From the IMG/VR virus record IMGVR_UViG_3300020183_000049: a stretch of 20,000 nt of DNA; one strand, 5' to 3'. This stretch comes from an uncultured virus (IMG/VR IMGVR_UViG_3300020183_000049). Its lineage: Duplodnaviria > Heunggongvirae > Uroviricota > Caudoviricetes. The notes under the pieces are model-generated. The model did no database searches. It saw nothing but the letters and a program-made list of their open reading frames with translations, and was not told the origin of the DNA. Made by a program: the position numbers and the translations under genes. This document shows positions 7,767 to 15,518 of this stretch, piece by piece (position 1 is the first letter of the stretch; every line of letters begins with the position of its first letter).

Positions 7767-7924
7767 ATTGTGTAAATCCCCATTTTTGGGACAATCCACA
7801 ATCCTTCGGTTCGAACTGTTCGGAATCTCCGAATTGTATAAACCCCCGATTTTTAGGACAATCCACAATTACCGCATAATGATTGTAATTGTGTAAACCC
7901 CCCATTTTTAGGACATTCCACAAT
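7767..7924 (-). CRISPR. Mini CRISPR array: 3 repeats (36-37 bp), 2 spacers (18 and 30 bp)
   Basis: Repeats at 7888-7924, 7833-7869, 7767-7802; first repeat on minus strand ATTGTGGAATGTCCTAAAAATGGGGGGTTTACACAAT. Spacers 7870-7887 (TACAATCATTATGCGGTA) and 7803-7832 (TCGGAGATTCCGAACAGTTCGAACCGAAGG). Lies ~215 bp downstream of a Cas12f-like gene. Confidence 0.85.
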
Positions 7925-7932
7925 AGAACGTC

Positions 7933-8090
7933 TTGTAGAATCGTCCAACATAAGAGGTTTTCGGTGAGTGAGATTTCTCTCCTTCCCCTGTTGATTCAGG
8001 GTTCACCATAGCGGTTCACAATAACCGCGAACTTGATAGATGATCGTCAAGTTCAAAACTGAACCATAGATTAAATCCTTAGGTTCCGAA
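7933..8090 (-). ncRNA. tracrRNA-like scaffold with 3' anti-repeat
   Basis: Anti-repeat 7933-7960 is complementary to most of the repeat, with G-U wobbles only in minus-strand RNA. Stems: GGTGA/TCACC (7963/8003), CCCTG/CAGGG (7986/7997), GCGGTT/AACCGC (8011/8023), GAACTTGA/TCAAGTTC (8029/8047), GAACC/GGTTC (8061/8082). 5' end approximate. Confidence 0.75.
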
Positions 8091-8111
8091 TTTGATTCTA
8101 AATAACTAATA

Positions 8112-8123
8112 TGTCAAAGAACA
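8112..8123 (-). promoter_or_regulatory. boxA-like antitermination element
   Basis: Minus-strand TGTTCTTTGACA, one mismatch to the boxA consensus GYTCTTTAANA, between the cas stop and the ncRNA. Confidence 0.45.
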
Positions 8124-8140
8124 ATATGTATAAAATATAA

Positions 8141-9517
8141 TCAAGATTCTGATAAAGTCAAATTTTTTTGTTTCCATTTTTCAATTTTTCCATGTTTTGA
8201 CTTTGGTTTTACCGGGTGACCTTTGAGTCTGGATATATTAATTGCCGCATTGATATCAGCATCTTGTTCAATTCCAAATTTATCACAATCCACTTGTTGA
8301 CAAACAAATTTGGTTACGTCTGTTTTACTGCGATTATTTTCATGTTTATACTTGCAACAATGACAGGTTTGTGATGTGTATTTTGGATCATCCCATAAGA
8401 CAACGATACCTTTGGATTTCAATTTGGTCTCCAATACATTTTGTAAATGTGCATACTGAAAATTATGAAGAAACCCCTCACGTACTGACGCAAGTCCAGT
8501 TAGATCTTCCATGATCACGTGTGTTGCTCCCATACTAACCAAGGATTTCATAACATTGGATGTTAACTGATGAATAAAATTATTATTGAATCCTTCTTTT
8601 TTACTCTTGAATGCATCGGTACCCTTCATTTTTCGTTTTCTTCCGTGACCTCCTTTTGCATATTGAGCCAAAGATCTGGATCTTGATACCTTGTCGTCAA
8701 ATTGACGGATCCTGTCCTTGTAATCCAATCCATAGGTAATTTGACGAACGTATTCACCTGATGTGGTTCCGATCGTAATGGGTCTATTGAACCCGATATC
8801 AATGCCAAAAGTCTTTGTTGGTCTATCGGTATCAACCAGATCATTTGATTCAACCTGGGGAACTTCATATGACAAGTGTAACATTAACTCTACCCCTTTA
8901 TCTCTGTTGTATGTGATTTTGGATTCACACATTTTGTATGTACCGTCTTTGATACCTTTTAATACATCGTACTGATACCTATTGTTTGATCTTACAATAA
9001 TTTTGAAGGTTGTATCAAAATTTAATTGTTCACCTTTGGTTTTGGGTAGTTTTAAAAAATAATTTCCATCCTCAAATACGATTGTATTTCCCTTTCTTGG
9101 TCGAAAATGAATTGGTTGATTCCGATTGTATGACGGAATTGAAGTTTTCATTTGAACAAAGTCTCTCGTGTTTTTTTTAATCGTGGATTGAATTCTATTT
9201 ATTGATGCATCAAAAATATGGGATGGAATATAAGCATATTTACCAGTACGATACTGATATCGGTATGAACTATCTTTTAAATCCCCCAACATATTTGAGA
9301 AATGATCTTCGACAAATCTTTTGATTTCTTGATCATCCTTAAAATTGTTTTGTGACTGGATTCTTATACAGAGGTGTGTGGCCATTTGGTTTCCAACCTC
9401 CGCCAAGTCTGATTGCATTTTACGAATGTATTCAATACATTCTTTTTTTTCATTTGGTGTACCAAAGATTTGTAATTTGTACGAATTGGTTTTGATGTTC
9501 TTTTTTTGGGTTACCAT
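8141..9517 (-). CDS. cas12f: Cas12f-like (TnpB-superfamily) RNA-guided RuvC endonuclease
   Basis: 458 aa. RuvC-I GIDIG, RuvC-II MEDL, RuvC-III ADINAAINI, Zn-ribbon YTSQTCHCC...CQQVDC, and SIPSY and GGHGR motifs as recalled from AsCas12f1; adjacent anti-repeat and array. Confidence 0.85.
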   Translation of the reverse strand: MVTQKKNIKTNSYKLQIFGTPNEKKECIEYIRKMQSDLAEVGNQMATHLCIRIQSQNNFKDDQEIKRFVEDHFSNMLGDLKDSSYRYQYRTGKYAYIPSHIFDASINRIQSTIKKNTRDFVQMKTSIPSYNRNQPIHFRPRKGNTIVFEDGNYFLKLPKTKGEQLNFDTTFKIIVRSNNRYQYDVLKGIKDGTYKMCESKITYNRDKGVELMLHLSYEVPQVESNDLVDTDRPTKTFGIDIGFNRPITIGTTSGEYVRQITYGLDYKDRIRQFDDKVSRSRSLAQYAKGGHGRKRKMKGTDAFKSKKEGFNNNFIHQLTSNVMKSLVSMGATHVIMEDLTGLASVREGFLHNFQYAHLQNVLETKLKSKGIVVLWDDPKYTSQTCHCCKYKHENNRSKTDVTKFVCQQVDCDKFGIEQDADINAAINISRLKGHPVKPKSKHGKIEKWKQKNLTLSES

Positions 9518-9539
9518 TTTGATTAAATTAATTGTGGGA

Positions 9540-9570
9540 CAAATATAACTTATAACCGTGAAAATACAAA
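9540..9570 (-). promoter_or_regulatory. Bacteroidota-type housekeeping promoter for cas12f
   Basis: Minus strand TTTG (9570-9567)-19 nt-TATATTTG (9547-9540), matching the -33/-7 consensus TTTG-N19-21-TAnnTTTG. Confidence 0.8.
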
Positions 9571-9576
9571 ATATGG

Positions 9577-10059
9577 TTAGGTGTGCGATTCTTTGATAAC
9601 AATTTTGGTTATGGATTTGATATTCTCTAAAATATCATCGAATTTCTTTTCAATGTATTCATCAAAATGAAATTCATCATCAAAATCTCTCCCCCCATCA
9701 AATTCAACATTAAATTTTTGTTCTTTCAGTAATTTTTTTAACAAGAATATTACTCGTGATTTGCCTGAGTTTTCAATACCAGAGACATCAATGGTTATTT
9801 CATTTTTTGGTCGGTTGTCTATGATTTTACCATCTGAATCCTCATAGTAGATACAATTACGTTGAGAATCGTATTCCCTCTTTTCCCACCGTCTATCTGT
9901 ATCCTCAAAGTAGATACAATTACCTCGAGAATCGTAATTCCTTATTGCCCAATATCCACTTATAGATTCAATGTAGATTGGAAGTCCATCATGGTTGTTG
10001 ATTTTCAATACACCATTGGTCTTGAAATCCCAGTTGATTTGCTCAGCTATTGTTTTCAT
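9577..10059 (-). CDS. Hypothetical protein: YD-like beta repeats plus C-terminal Walker-A-like segment
   Basis: 160 aa; repeats YDS.(G/R)NCIY(F/Y)ED, then IDVSGIENSGKS. Confidence 0.65.
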   Translation of the reverse strand: MKTIAEQINWDFKTNGVLKINNHDGLPIYIESISGYWAIRNYDSRGNCIYFEDTDRRWEKREYDSQRNCIYYEDSDGKIIDNRPKNEITIDVSGIENSGKSRVIFLLKKLLKEQKFNVEFDGGRDFDDEFHFDEYIEKKFDDILENIKSITKIVIKESHT

Positions 10060-10063
10060 TGTT

Positions 10064-10249
10064 TTATTTTTTATTCAAAAACATTGCAACCAATTCGGAA
10101 TATGAAACAAAACGTTCATAATCTTTGCCGGCCTTCAAAAATACTCCATATTTTGTTTTTTCAATAATTATGGAATGTCGTTGAGGTGCAAAATCATCAA
10201 CGACTTGTGTGAACAAAGGTAATTCATCAACTCTGGGATAAGTTTTCAT
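10064..10249 (-). CDS. Small hypothetical protein
   Basis: 61 aa ATG ORF closely coupled to the downstream gene. Confidence 0.55.
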   Translation of the reverse strand: MKTYPRVDELPLFTQVVDDFAPQRHSIIIEKTKYGVFLKAGKDYERFVSYSELVAMFLNKK

Positions 10250-10353
10250 GGTCTTTTTACATTTTGGTTCATTTTAATGATAGTAAAGAATTTCATAAAA
10301 CCAAATTATTTTTTGAGTTCGTTCAACCGGGATCGAAAAAAAAATCAAATAAT

Positions 10354-10385
10354 TTTGTTTATGAAGTCATCTGTTCGTATATTTG
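10354..10385 (+). promoter_or_regulatory. Bacteroidota-type promoter
   Basis: TTTG (10354-10357)-20 nt-TATATTTG (10378-10385), ~22 nt before ATG 10408. Confidence 0.75.
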
Positions 10386-10407
10386 CACTAAATTAAAACC
10401 TGAAACA

Positions 10408-11169
10408 ATGACCAACACCGTGAAAAATTACACCGACCAAGAGTTCGAACTCGCCTCGCAACTTGTTGATGAGCACAATCAAAAAGTTGGTGAATCAAAA
10501 GTAATTTTTGTTGTTGATACGACTGGCGCGAAAAGGTGCTATTTTACCCTTTATCGCTTTAATAGTGGTCCGGGATCACCACACGTCAATCCCTATACCT
10601 ACCTTCGTAATCTTTCACTAGATCTAGTAGAGGCTGTAAAAAAAGTAGCTACTGGAAGAGGTCTTCCCATTCTTCTTTACTCTGGTGATAACCGACTTCC
10701 AGAAAGGTTCAATGCTGATCAAATCTCCTTTGGTAAATACAAAGGTCAAACCTTGTCTGAGGTCTACGAAAAAGATCCACGTTATGTGGTTTGGTTGGCC
10801 AAAAACTACACTGGTAAAAGAAACCAGTTTCTTGAGATTGCTACTGGTTTGTGTGATCTATATTTTCAGACCCTCAGTGAGATTAATCGTGAAACTTGTA
10901 AAAGTGTTTGGGTTGGTGAACCAAAAACTAGACTTGATCTCTTTTTGACCGTTTTATTCAGAAAGTCGGTTGGTGACGACAAACCTAAGTACCTCACCCA
11001 AGATCCTGATGGTAATCTCTTTGAGTTTTGGTTGAATGAGTCTTTGGATAAGGGTTCTCAAGTCCAAGTTCGTGGTACTGTTATTAAACACTACGAGAAC
11101 CTTTCTAGGAAGATCACCAGAATTAACCGAGTGGTTTTGTCAAAGACAATGTCGGGTGAATTGTCCTAG
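10408..11169 (+). CDS. Putative nucleic-acid-binding protein with FGKYKG (exonuclease X C-terminal/DUF3820-like) module and possible C-terminal OB fold
   Basis: Start reassigned to ATG 10408 (MTNTVK, 253 aa) from promoter position; motif FGKYKGQTLSEVYEKDPRYVVWL; C-terminal beta pattern V.VRGTV.KH...TRINRV. Confidence 0.65.
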   Translation: MTNTVKNYTDQEFELASQLVDEHNQKVGESKVIFVVDTTGAKRCYFTLYRFNSGPGSPHVNPYTYLRNLSLDLVEAVKKVATGRGLPILLYSGDNRLPERFNADQISFGKYKGQTLSEVYEKDPRYVVWLAKNYTGKRNQFLEIATGLCDLYFQTLSEINRETCKSVWVGEPKTRLDLFLTVLFRKSVGDDKPKYLTQDPDGNLFEFWLNESLDKGSQVQVRGTVIKHYENLSRKITRINRVVLSKTMSGELS

Positions 11170-11243
11170 TGTCAAACACGTTGTCATCACTTTCTTTTTA
11201 TTTGGATGGTATTACCTCGCTTGATCTACAGCAAGCGTAAATA

Positions 11244-11930
11244 TCAGAAGAACTCACCACAATTTTTTGTACATATTTCTTTAACCTTAGGTATCATTTT
11301 TCTTATTTGATCACTTGAATAATCTCTAGATAGTGGTGTACGATACAAAAATAATCTTCCTAAAACTTCTAAGTCTGGTGGTAGTTCAGTTATATTGGTA
11401 TCTCTGAGATCTAAATCATACTTTACTTTAAGACCACTTGGAAGTGATGTGATGTTTTTACAACCGTCTACATCCAAATATCCATTAACTGCAAAATTGT
11501 CTGGAAGTTTTTCTATCGGTGTTCTTAGAAGAAAAATACTATTACCAACTTCTAAGTCTGGTGGTAGTTTAGTAATATTGGTATCTCTGAGATCTAGATC
11601 ACCTTTTACATTAAGACCACTAGGAAGTGATGTGATGTTTTTACAACCGTCTAGATCTAAATCACCATTAACTGTTAAATTATTTGGAAGTGATTTGAGA
11701 TTTTCACATCCAATTAACATTAGATTGCGATCAACTTTGGTAAGGTTTTTTGGTAAGACTTCTATGGGTGAACCATTTAAATCTAAATCACCTTGTGAAC
11801 CATTTTTGATGTAATCTCGTATTTTTCTATGGGTTCTAAAAAGTAATTTCTTATCCTTTTCCTTTTTTGTTCTTCGAGGAATAAAGATGTTGTCATCACT
11901 TTCTTTTAATATGTCCAGGAACTTGATCAT
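11244..11930 (-). CDS. LRR-like repeat protein, paralog 6 of 6
   Basis: 20-21-aa repeats LPxxLxVxGxLxLxxxxIxx; shared MIKFLDILKES...FIPRRT N-terminus; start 11930 gives ATGA overlap. Confidence 0.85.
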   Translation of the reverse strand: MIKFLDILKESDDNIFIPRRTKKEKDKKLLFRTHRKIRDYIKNGSQGDLDLNGSPIEVLPKNLTKVDRNLMLIGCENLKSLPNNLTVNGDLDLDGCKNITSLPSGLNVKGDLDLRDTNITKLPPDLEVGNSIFLLRTPIEKLPDNFAVNGYLDVDGCKNITSLPSGLKVKYDLDLRDTNITELPPDLEVLGRLFLYRTPLSRDYSSDQIRKMIPKVKEICTKNCGEFF

Positions 11931-12613
11931 ACCCATATTTCTTTAACCTTAGGTATCATTTTTCTTATTTGATCCCATGAAAGATTAGATAGTGGTGTAC
12001 TTTGTAGAAGAATAGTTCCTTCAACTTCTAAGTCTGATGGGAGTTCAGTTATATTGGTATCTCTGAGATCTAAAGTTCCAAGGACTTTTAGACCACTAGG
12101 AAGTGATGTGATGTTTTTACACTCTCTTAGATTCAAACTACCATGGACTATTAAATTATTTGGAAGTTTTTCTATCGGTGTACGATACAAAATTATATTA
12201 TATCCAACTTCCAAATCTAGTGGTAGTTCAGTAATATTGGTATTTGAGAGCCAAAGATTACCTAAAATTAATCTTGATAAATTACCTTTTACTTTAAGAC
12301 CACTAGGAATTGATGTGATTTTTGTACAACCTCCTAAATCTAAACTTCCATTAACTGTTAAATTATTTGGTAGTGATTTGAGATTTACACATTCATTTAA
12401 CACTAGATCACCATTAACTTCAGTAAGGTTTTTAGGTAAGAATTCTATAGGTGAACCACGTAAAACTAAATCACCTTGTGAACCATTTTTGATGTAATCA
12501 CGTATTTTTCTATAGGTTCTAAAAAGTAATTTCTTATCCTTTTCCTCTTTTGTTCTTCGAGGAATAAAGATGTTGTCATCACTTTCTTTTAATATGTCCA
12601 AGAACTTGATCAT
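11927..12613 (-). CDS. LRR-like repeat protein, paralog 5
   Basis: 228 aa, same architecture, with a short insertion (GNLSRLILGNL). Confidence 0.85.
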   Translation of the reverse strand: MIKFLDILKESDDNIFIPRRTKEEKDKKLLFRTYRKIRDYIKNGSQGDLVLRGSPIEFLPKNLTEVNGDLVLNECVNLKSLPNNLTVNGSLDLGGCTKITSIPSGLKVKGNLSRLILGNLWLSNTNITELPLDLEVGYNIILYRTPIEKLPNNLIVHGSLNLRECKNITSLPSGLKVLGTLDLRDTNITELPSDLEVEGTILLQSTPLSNLSWDQIRKMIPKVKEIWV

Positions 12614-13275
12614 AGAAATATGTCTCCTTTAACCTTAGGTATCATTTCTTCTATTTTATCCATTGAAAGATTAGATAGTGGTGTACCGTGTAAAAGAATA
12701 CTTCCTCCAACTTCTAAGTCTGGTGGTAGTTCAGTAATATTGATACCTCTAAGATCTAGACAATATTTTATTTTAAGACTAGTTGGAAGTGATGTGATGT
12801 TTTTACACTCTCTTAGATTTAAACTACCATGGACTATTAAATTATTTGGAAGTTTTTCTATCGGTGTATGATTCAAAATTATATTATATCCAACTTTCAA
12901 ATCTAAGGGTAGTTCAGTAATATTGGTATCTTGGAGATCTAAAGTACCTATTACTTCTAGACCACTGGGAAGTGATGTGATGTTTTTACAACCCTCTAGA
13001 TCTAACCGACCATAAACTGTTAAATTATTCGGTAGTGATTTGAGATTTTTACATCTGAATAATAAAAGATCACCATTAACTTCGGTAAGGTTTTTTGGTA
13101 AAAATTCTATGAGTGAGCCACGTAAATCTAAATCACCTTGGAAACCATTTTTGATGTAATCTCGTATTTTTCTATAGGTTCTAAAAAGTAATTTCTTATC
13201 CTTTTCCTCTTTTGTTCTTCGAGGAATAAAGATGTTATCATCACTTTCTTTCAATATGTCCAGGAACTTGATCAT
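12610..13275 (-). CDS. LRR-like repeat protein, paralog 4
   Basis: 221 aa, same architecture, ATGA overlaps. Confidence 0.85.
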   Translation of the reverse strand: MIKFLDILKESDDNIFIPRRTKEEKDKKLLFRTYRKIRDYIKNGFQGDLDLRGSLIEFLPKNLTEVNGDLLLFRCKNLKSLPNNLTVYGRLDLEGCKNITSLPSGLEVIGTLDLQDTNITELPLDLKVGYNIILNHTPIEKLPNNLIVHGSLNLRECKNITSLPTSLKIKYCLDLRGINITELPPDLEVGGSILLHGTPLSNLSMDKIEEMIPKVKGDIFL

Positions 13276-14117
13276 TGATATATTTCTCCTTTAAAATTAG
13301 GTATCATTTTTCTTATTTCATCCTTTGAAAGATTAGATAGTGGCGTGTTATACAAAACTATACCCCATTTGACTTTTAGATCTGACGGTAATTTTTCAAT
13401 ATTGGTACCTCTTAAATATAAATTCATCGTTTCGAGTCCGTTAGGAAGTGATTGTAAATTTTTACAATGACTTAAATCTAACTCTCCATTAACTTTTAAG
13501 TTATTCGGAAGTTTTTTTATTGGTGTTCTTTGAAGATAAATACTTTCTCCAAATTCTAAGTCTGGTGGTAGTTCAGTAATATTGGTATCTCTGAGATCTA
13601 AAGCACCGTCTACTTTAAGACCACTGGGAAGTGATGTGATGTTTTTAGAACCCTCTGCATCTAACCTACCATCGACTTTTAAATTTTCTGGAAGTTTTTC
13701 TATCGGTGTTCTCATTAATATAAGACTTTTTCCAAATTCTAAGTCTGGTGGTAGTTCAGTAATATTGGTATCTCTGAGATCTAGATTACCTTTTACTTTT
13801 AAACCATTAGGAAGTGATTTGAGATTTTTACATCCCATTAATACTAGATCACTATTAACTGTTAAATTATCTGGTAGTGATTTGAGATTAACACATTCAT
13901 CTAATATTAGATCACCATTAACTTGGGTAAGGTTTTTTGGTAAGAATTCTATAGGCGAATCACGTAAAACTAAATCACCTTGTGAACCATTTTTGATGTA
14001 ATCACGTATTTTTCTGTAGGTTCTAAAAAGTAATTTCTTATCCTTTTCCTCTTTTGTTCTTCGAGGAATAAAGATGTTGTCATTACTTTCTTTCAATATG
14101 TCCAAGAACTTAATCAT
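13272..14117 (-). CDS. LRR-like repeat protein, paralog 3 (one extra three-repeat unit)
   Basis: ~60 aa longer than its siblings; start 14117 gives ATGA overlap. Confidence 0.85.
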   Translation of the reverse strand: MIKFLDILKESNDNIFIPRRTKEEKDKKLLFRTYRKIRDYIKNGSQGDLVLRDSPIEFLPKNLTQVNGDLILDECVNLKSLPDNLTVNSDLVLMGCKNLKSLPNGLKVKGNLDLRDTNITELPPDLEFGKSLILMRTPIEKLPENLKVDGRLDAEGSKNITSLPSGLKVDGALDLRDTNITELPPDLEFGESIYLQRTPIKKLPNNLKVNGELDLSHCKNLQSLPNGLETMNLYLRGTNIEKLPSDLKVKWGIVLYNTPLSNLSKDEIRKMIPNFKGEIYQ

Positions 14118-14782
14118 ACCCATATATCTCCTTCAACATTAGGTACCATTTTTCTTATTTCATGACGTGGATAATTTCTAGATAGTGGTGTGTTATACAA
14201 AATTAATCTTCCTAAAACTTCTAAGTCTGGTGGTAGTTTAGTAATATTGGTATCTCTGAGATCTAGATCACCTTTTACATTAAGACCACTAGGAAGTGAT
14301 GTGATGTTTTTACAACCGTCTAGATCTAAATCACCATTAACTATTAAATTGTCTGGAAGTTTTTCTATTGGTGTTCTCATTAATATAAGACTATTTCTAA
14401 CTTTCAAATCTGGTGGTAGTTTAGTAATATTGGTATCTCTGAGATCTAAAGTTCCAAGTACTTTTAGACCACTCGGAAGTGATGTGATGTTTTTACAACC
14501 CTCTAGATCTAACCTTCCATTAACTGTTAAGTTATTTGGAAGTGATTTGAGATTTTCACATCTAATTAATATTAGATCACCATTAACTTGGGTAAGGTTT
14601 TTAGGTAAGAATTCTATAGGTGAACCACGTAAATCTAAATAACCTTGTGGAGCATTTTTGATGTAATCACGTATTTTTCTATAGGTTCTAAAAAGTAATT
14701 TCTTATCCTTTTCCTCTTTTGTTCTTCGAGGAATAAAGATGTTGTCATCACTTTCTTTTAATATGTCCAGGAACTTGATCAT
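14114..14782 (-). CDS. LRR-like repeat protein, paralog 2
   Basis: 222 aa, same architecture. Confidence 0.85.
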   Translation of the reverse strand: MIKFLDILKESDDNIFIPRRTKEEKDKKLLFRTYRKIRDYIKNAPQGYLDLRGSPIEFLPKNLTQVNGDLILIRCENLKSLPNNLTVNGRLDLEGCKNITSLPSGLKVLGTLDLRDTNITKLPPDLKVRNSLILMRTPIEKLPDNLIVNGDLDLDGCKNITSLPSGLNVKGDLDLRDTNITKLPPDLEVLGRLILYNTPLSRNYPRHEIRKMVPNVEGDIWV

Positions 14783-15510
14783 AACAATATTATTTCAACC
14801 TTAGGTACCATTTTTCTTATTTCATCACGTGAATAATTTCTAGATATAGGTGTGTCATACAAAACTAAACTTTCAACTTGCAAATCTGGTGGTAATTTTT
14901 TGAAATTAGTTTCTCTGAGATTAAGAGTATCAAATACTTTAAGACCACTGGGAAGTGATGTGATGTTTTTGCAAAAGTGTAAATACAACGATCCATTGAT
15001 TGTTAAATTATTCGGAAGTTTTTCTATTGGTGTCCTTTGTAGATAAAGAGTTCCTCCAAATTGTAAGTCTGGTGGTAGTTCAGTAATATTGGTATATCTG
15101 AGATCTAAAGCACCGTCTACTTTAAGACCACTGGGAAGTGATGTGATGTTTTTACAATCATCTAGATCTAAATATCCCTTGACTATTAAGTTATCTGGAA
15201 GTGATTTAAGATTTACACATCTTAATGTTAGATTACCCCTAACTTGGGTAAAGTTTTTAGGTAAGAATTCTATAGATGAATCCACTAATTCTAAATCACC
15301 TTGTGAACCATTTTTGATGTAATCACGTATTTTTCTGTATGTTCTGAAAAGTAATTTCTTATCCTTTTCCTTTTTTGTTCTGCGAGGAATGAAGATGTTG
15401 TCATCACTATTAATTTCTGGCCCTAAATTTGCATATTCTTTTTTATAATCATCTTCAAAAGGGAAGTCCTCAAAATAGATCTCAGACAATATTTTATTGA
15501 ACTTAATCAT
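14779..15510 (-). CDS. LRR-like repeat protein, paralog 1 (longer acidic N-terminus)
   Basis: 243 aa; MIKFNKILSE...SDDNIFIPRRT followed by repeats. Confidence 0.85.
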   Translation of the reverse strand: MIKFNKILSEIYFEDFPFEDDYKKEYANLGPEINSDDNIFIPRRTKKEKDKKLLFRTYRKIRDYIKNGSQGDLELVDSSIEFLPKNFTQVRGNLTLRCVNLKSLPDNLIVKGYLDLDDCKNITSLPSGLKVDGALDLRYTNITELPPDLQFGGTLYLQRTPIEKLPNNLTINGSLYLHFCKNITSLPSGLKVFDTLNLRETNFKKLPPDLQVESLVLYDTPISRNYSRDEIRKMVPKVEIILL

Positions 15511-15518
15511 TGAAAATT

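Noticed and set aside
7624..7923. ORFs 7624..7923 and 7638..7868
   Set aside because: They translate the CRISPR repeats and flank; non-ATG starts.
8141..9517. Plain IS200/IS605 TnpB transposon
   Set aside because: No tnpA or recognisable IS ends; a repeat array with anti-repeat follows, and Cas12f-type motifs are present.
8141..9517. Nuclease-dead dCas12f/TldR regulator
   Set aside because: All three RuvC acidic residues appear intact and no sigma-factor gene is adjacent.
11395..15322. Repeated plus-strand ORFs (MVSLRS...) over the LRR genes
   Set aside because: Antisense shadows of the repetitive minus-strand genes.
11244..15510. Diversity-generating retroelement behind LRR variation
   Set aside because: No reverse transcriptase or non-coding template repeat in the window; differences are not obviously adenine-restricted and shared blocks look recombinational.
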